Below, piece by piece: positions 57,748 through 64,000 of a DNA stretch of 64,000 nucleotides. This DNA is from Chrysomallon squamiferum (Eukaryota > Animalia > Mollusca): positions 20,832,001 through 20,896,000 of the forward strand of contig CM022670.1 in assembly GCA_012295275.1 (NCBI GenBank), in the 5' to 3' direction. The notes under the pieces were generated by a model. That model was not told the origin of the DNA, searched no databases, and saw nothing but the letters and a program-made list of their open reading frames with translations. How positions within the stretch are numbered: position 1 is the first letter of the stretch; each line of letters begins with the position of its first letter. Made by a program: the position numbers and the translations under genes.

Positions 57748-58273
57748 TCGTTACTGTCCAAAGATTGCCATCATCTGAATTGCATGAAATAATCTACACA
57801 TAGTCTATAAAAGACTTTAGAAATTTCTCGAGTTATCTGACGGAAATATATAATTATTATTATTTAAGATTACATTATTATATAGTTTTTGTTGTCATTG
57901 TTGTAGTAGTTGTTGTTACATCCAGTACGGCAATTATTTCTATAGTTCGGCACGCTTTGTATCTGCTACCAGGGCTGCACTGTTGGCCTTGCTTTACACG
58001 AAACAATAAAAACTTTGTTTGGAAGCATTAATCGTTGCATTATTTCCTCTTTTAATCTTCGTCCCAGCTGTGATAACACAAACGTATACATGTGCAATGA
58101 GCTGTCAAGAAGACCGTTTCACAGGGCCTTCCCTTAGATGTTAATTTCTCTTCTCCGGCATTTTCTGCAGTCCGGCAATAGCCAGATCCCAGTGTTGCCG
58201 GATTTAAGAGATTCAATCGGTATCAACAATTATTTCGCTGAAAAATTACTGATAACATCATAGAATAACAATA

Positions 58274-58328
<55 letters not shown>

Positions 58329-58676
58329 TATACTTTTGTTGCAATAAATTATATAAATAACACTGTTTAGCAAGAACTAGAAAGGAAACATACCAAGAAA
58401 AAGGGGAAGGAAAGAAACAAACAAAAAAATAAAAAAAAAAATTAAAAAAAAACATGACAGGAAAACAAATTCATTTAAATATTGTTAACTGATTGTTTTC
58501 CTGAAGACAATTAGAATATATCTGATGTCATCCAACATTTCCTGTATTTTATTTCATTTCATATCACGTGATGTTTGTTTATAAAAAAAACACAAAAAAA
58601 CAACACAATTACCGTTATATGCTGTAAGAGAATTTCCACTTAACGAAGTTTAAATCACTTTAGCTAAATAACAAAA

Positions 58677-63262
<4,586 letters not shown>

Positions 63263-63744
63263 GTGAGATTTCATTTGTCAGTCTTCTCCTTTATCTATCT
63301 ATCCGTCCGTCTGTAGGTCTGTCTGTCTGTCTCTAAGTAAGTCTACTTAATTTAGTTCTTATTTTTATTACTACTTTTTTAAAATTATTATTATATTTAT
63401 TTTTTAATGTATTTTGTGGGTGTTTTTGTTCCGTTATTTGTTTGTTTATTTTTCTTTTCTTTTCTTTTTTTTTTTTTTGTTACTTAATGATAATAATCAC
63501 TCATATTTTTTTGCTGTTACACTATTTAATAATCGTACAAGAAATCTAATCGATTATTTTCATATCAGTTTTGGATTTAAATATGCAACAAACAGAAGAA
63601 CCTACACAAAAAATTCATAAAACGTTTATTATTCAATGATTTTAACTAGTAATACTTTTTTCAGGTTTTTCGAGACCTCTTTTAAAACCTACTACTCCAG
63701 GTCTGACTTCAACATCTGCAACACACACAGAGAGACACGCACAC

Positions 63745-63795
<51 letters not shown>

Positions 63796-64000
63796 TGGAT
63801 GCCGTTTTTTGTAGTTGTTTTTAAAGGCTGTAAAATATTTATTAAAATATATTTATTTTTAGGTATATCATCACCATCGTCATAGTCATCATCATTATCA
63901 TCATTGTCATCGCTTTTAACATTATTTCTTTTACAATATTAACCTTTAGTTTCCCACGCATTCATTCTTACACGCATGCACTGGCAATGAACATTTATTA

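Noticed and set aside
57090-58230. GC-richer patches (ggggccc, cagtgttgccgga) suggesting transposon ends, plus a possible SINE-core fragment near 54500-54595
   Set aside because: Too short or degenerate to define boundaries, TIR pairs or TSDs by eye.
58628-58637. GAGAATTTCC, an NF-kB-like site before the lectin ATG
   Set aside because: One mismatch to the consensus and expected by chance in AT-rich DNA.

Overview
AT-rich, microsatellite-dense, intron-containing animal DNA, most likely a mollusc (inferred from gene content and repeat style, not proven). I spliced six genes and one gene relic by hand, checking GT-AG sites and intron phases. (1) A secreted EGF + mucin-like protein (+, 6447-8681). 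(2,3) Two tandem copies of a glycosyltransferase with two GT32-type domains (-, 11532-16295 and 22702-26619), each frameshifted as assembled. (4,5) Two intact paralogous single-pass receptors with signal peptide, EGF repeats on Ser/Thr stalks, TM and TIR domain, and no LRR or Ig domains (-, 28486-35333 and 38741-46406). (6) A MAM-domain single-pass receptor with a Tyr-motif-rich tail (+, 53100-56648). The 5' part of an EPN-type C-type lectin gene (+, 58677 to >63262) runs off the window. A deleted relic of a third EGF-TIR gene lies at 18713-19806, inside a roughly 10-kb tandem duplication that copied the GT32 and EGF-TIR genes together. The main candidate system is this EGF-TIR receptor array plus a secreted protein sharing its unusual 8-Cys EGF. 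Most short ORFs in the track are microsatellite or antisense artefacts. All function assignments come from motifs; no searches were run.
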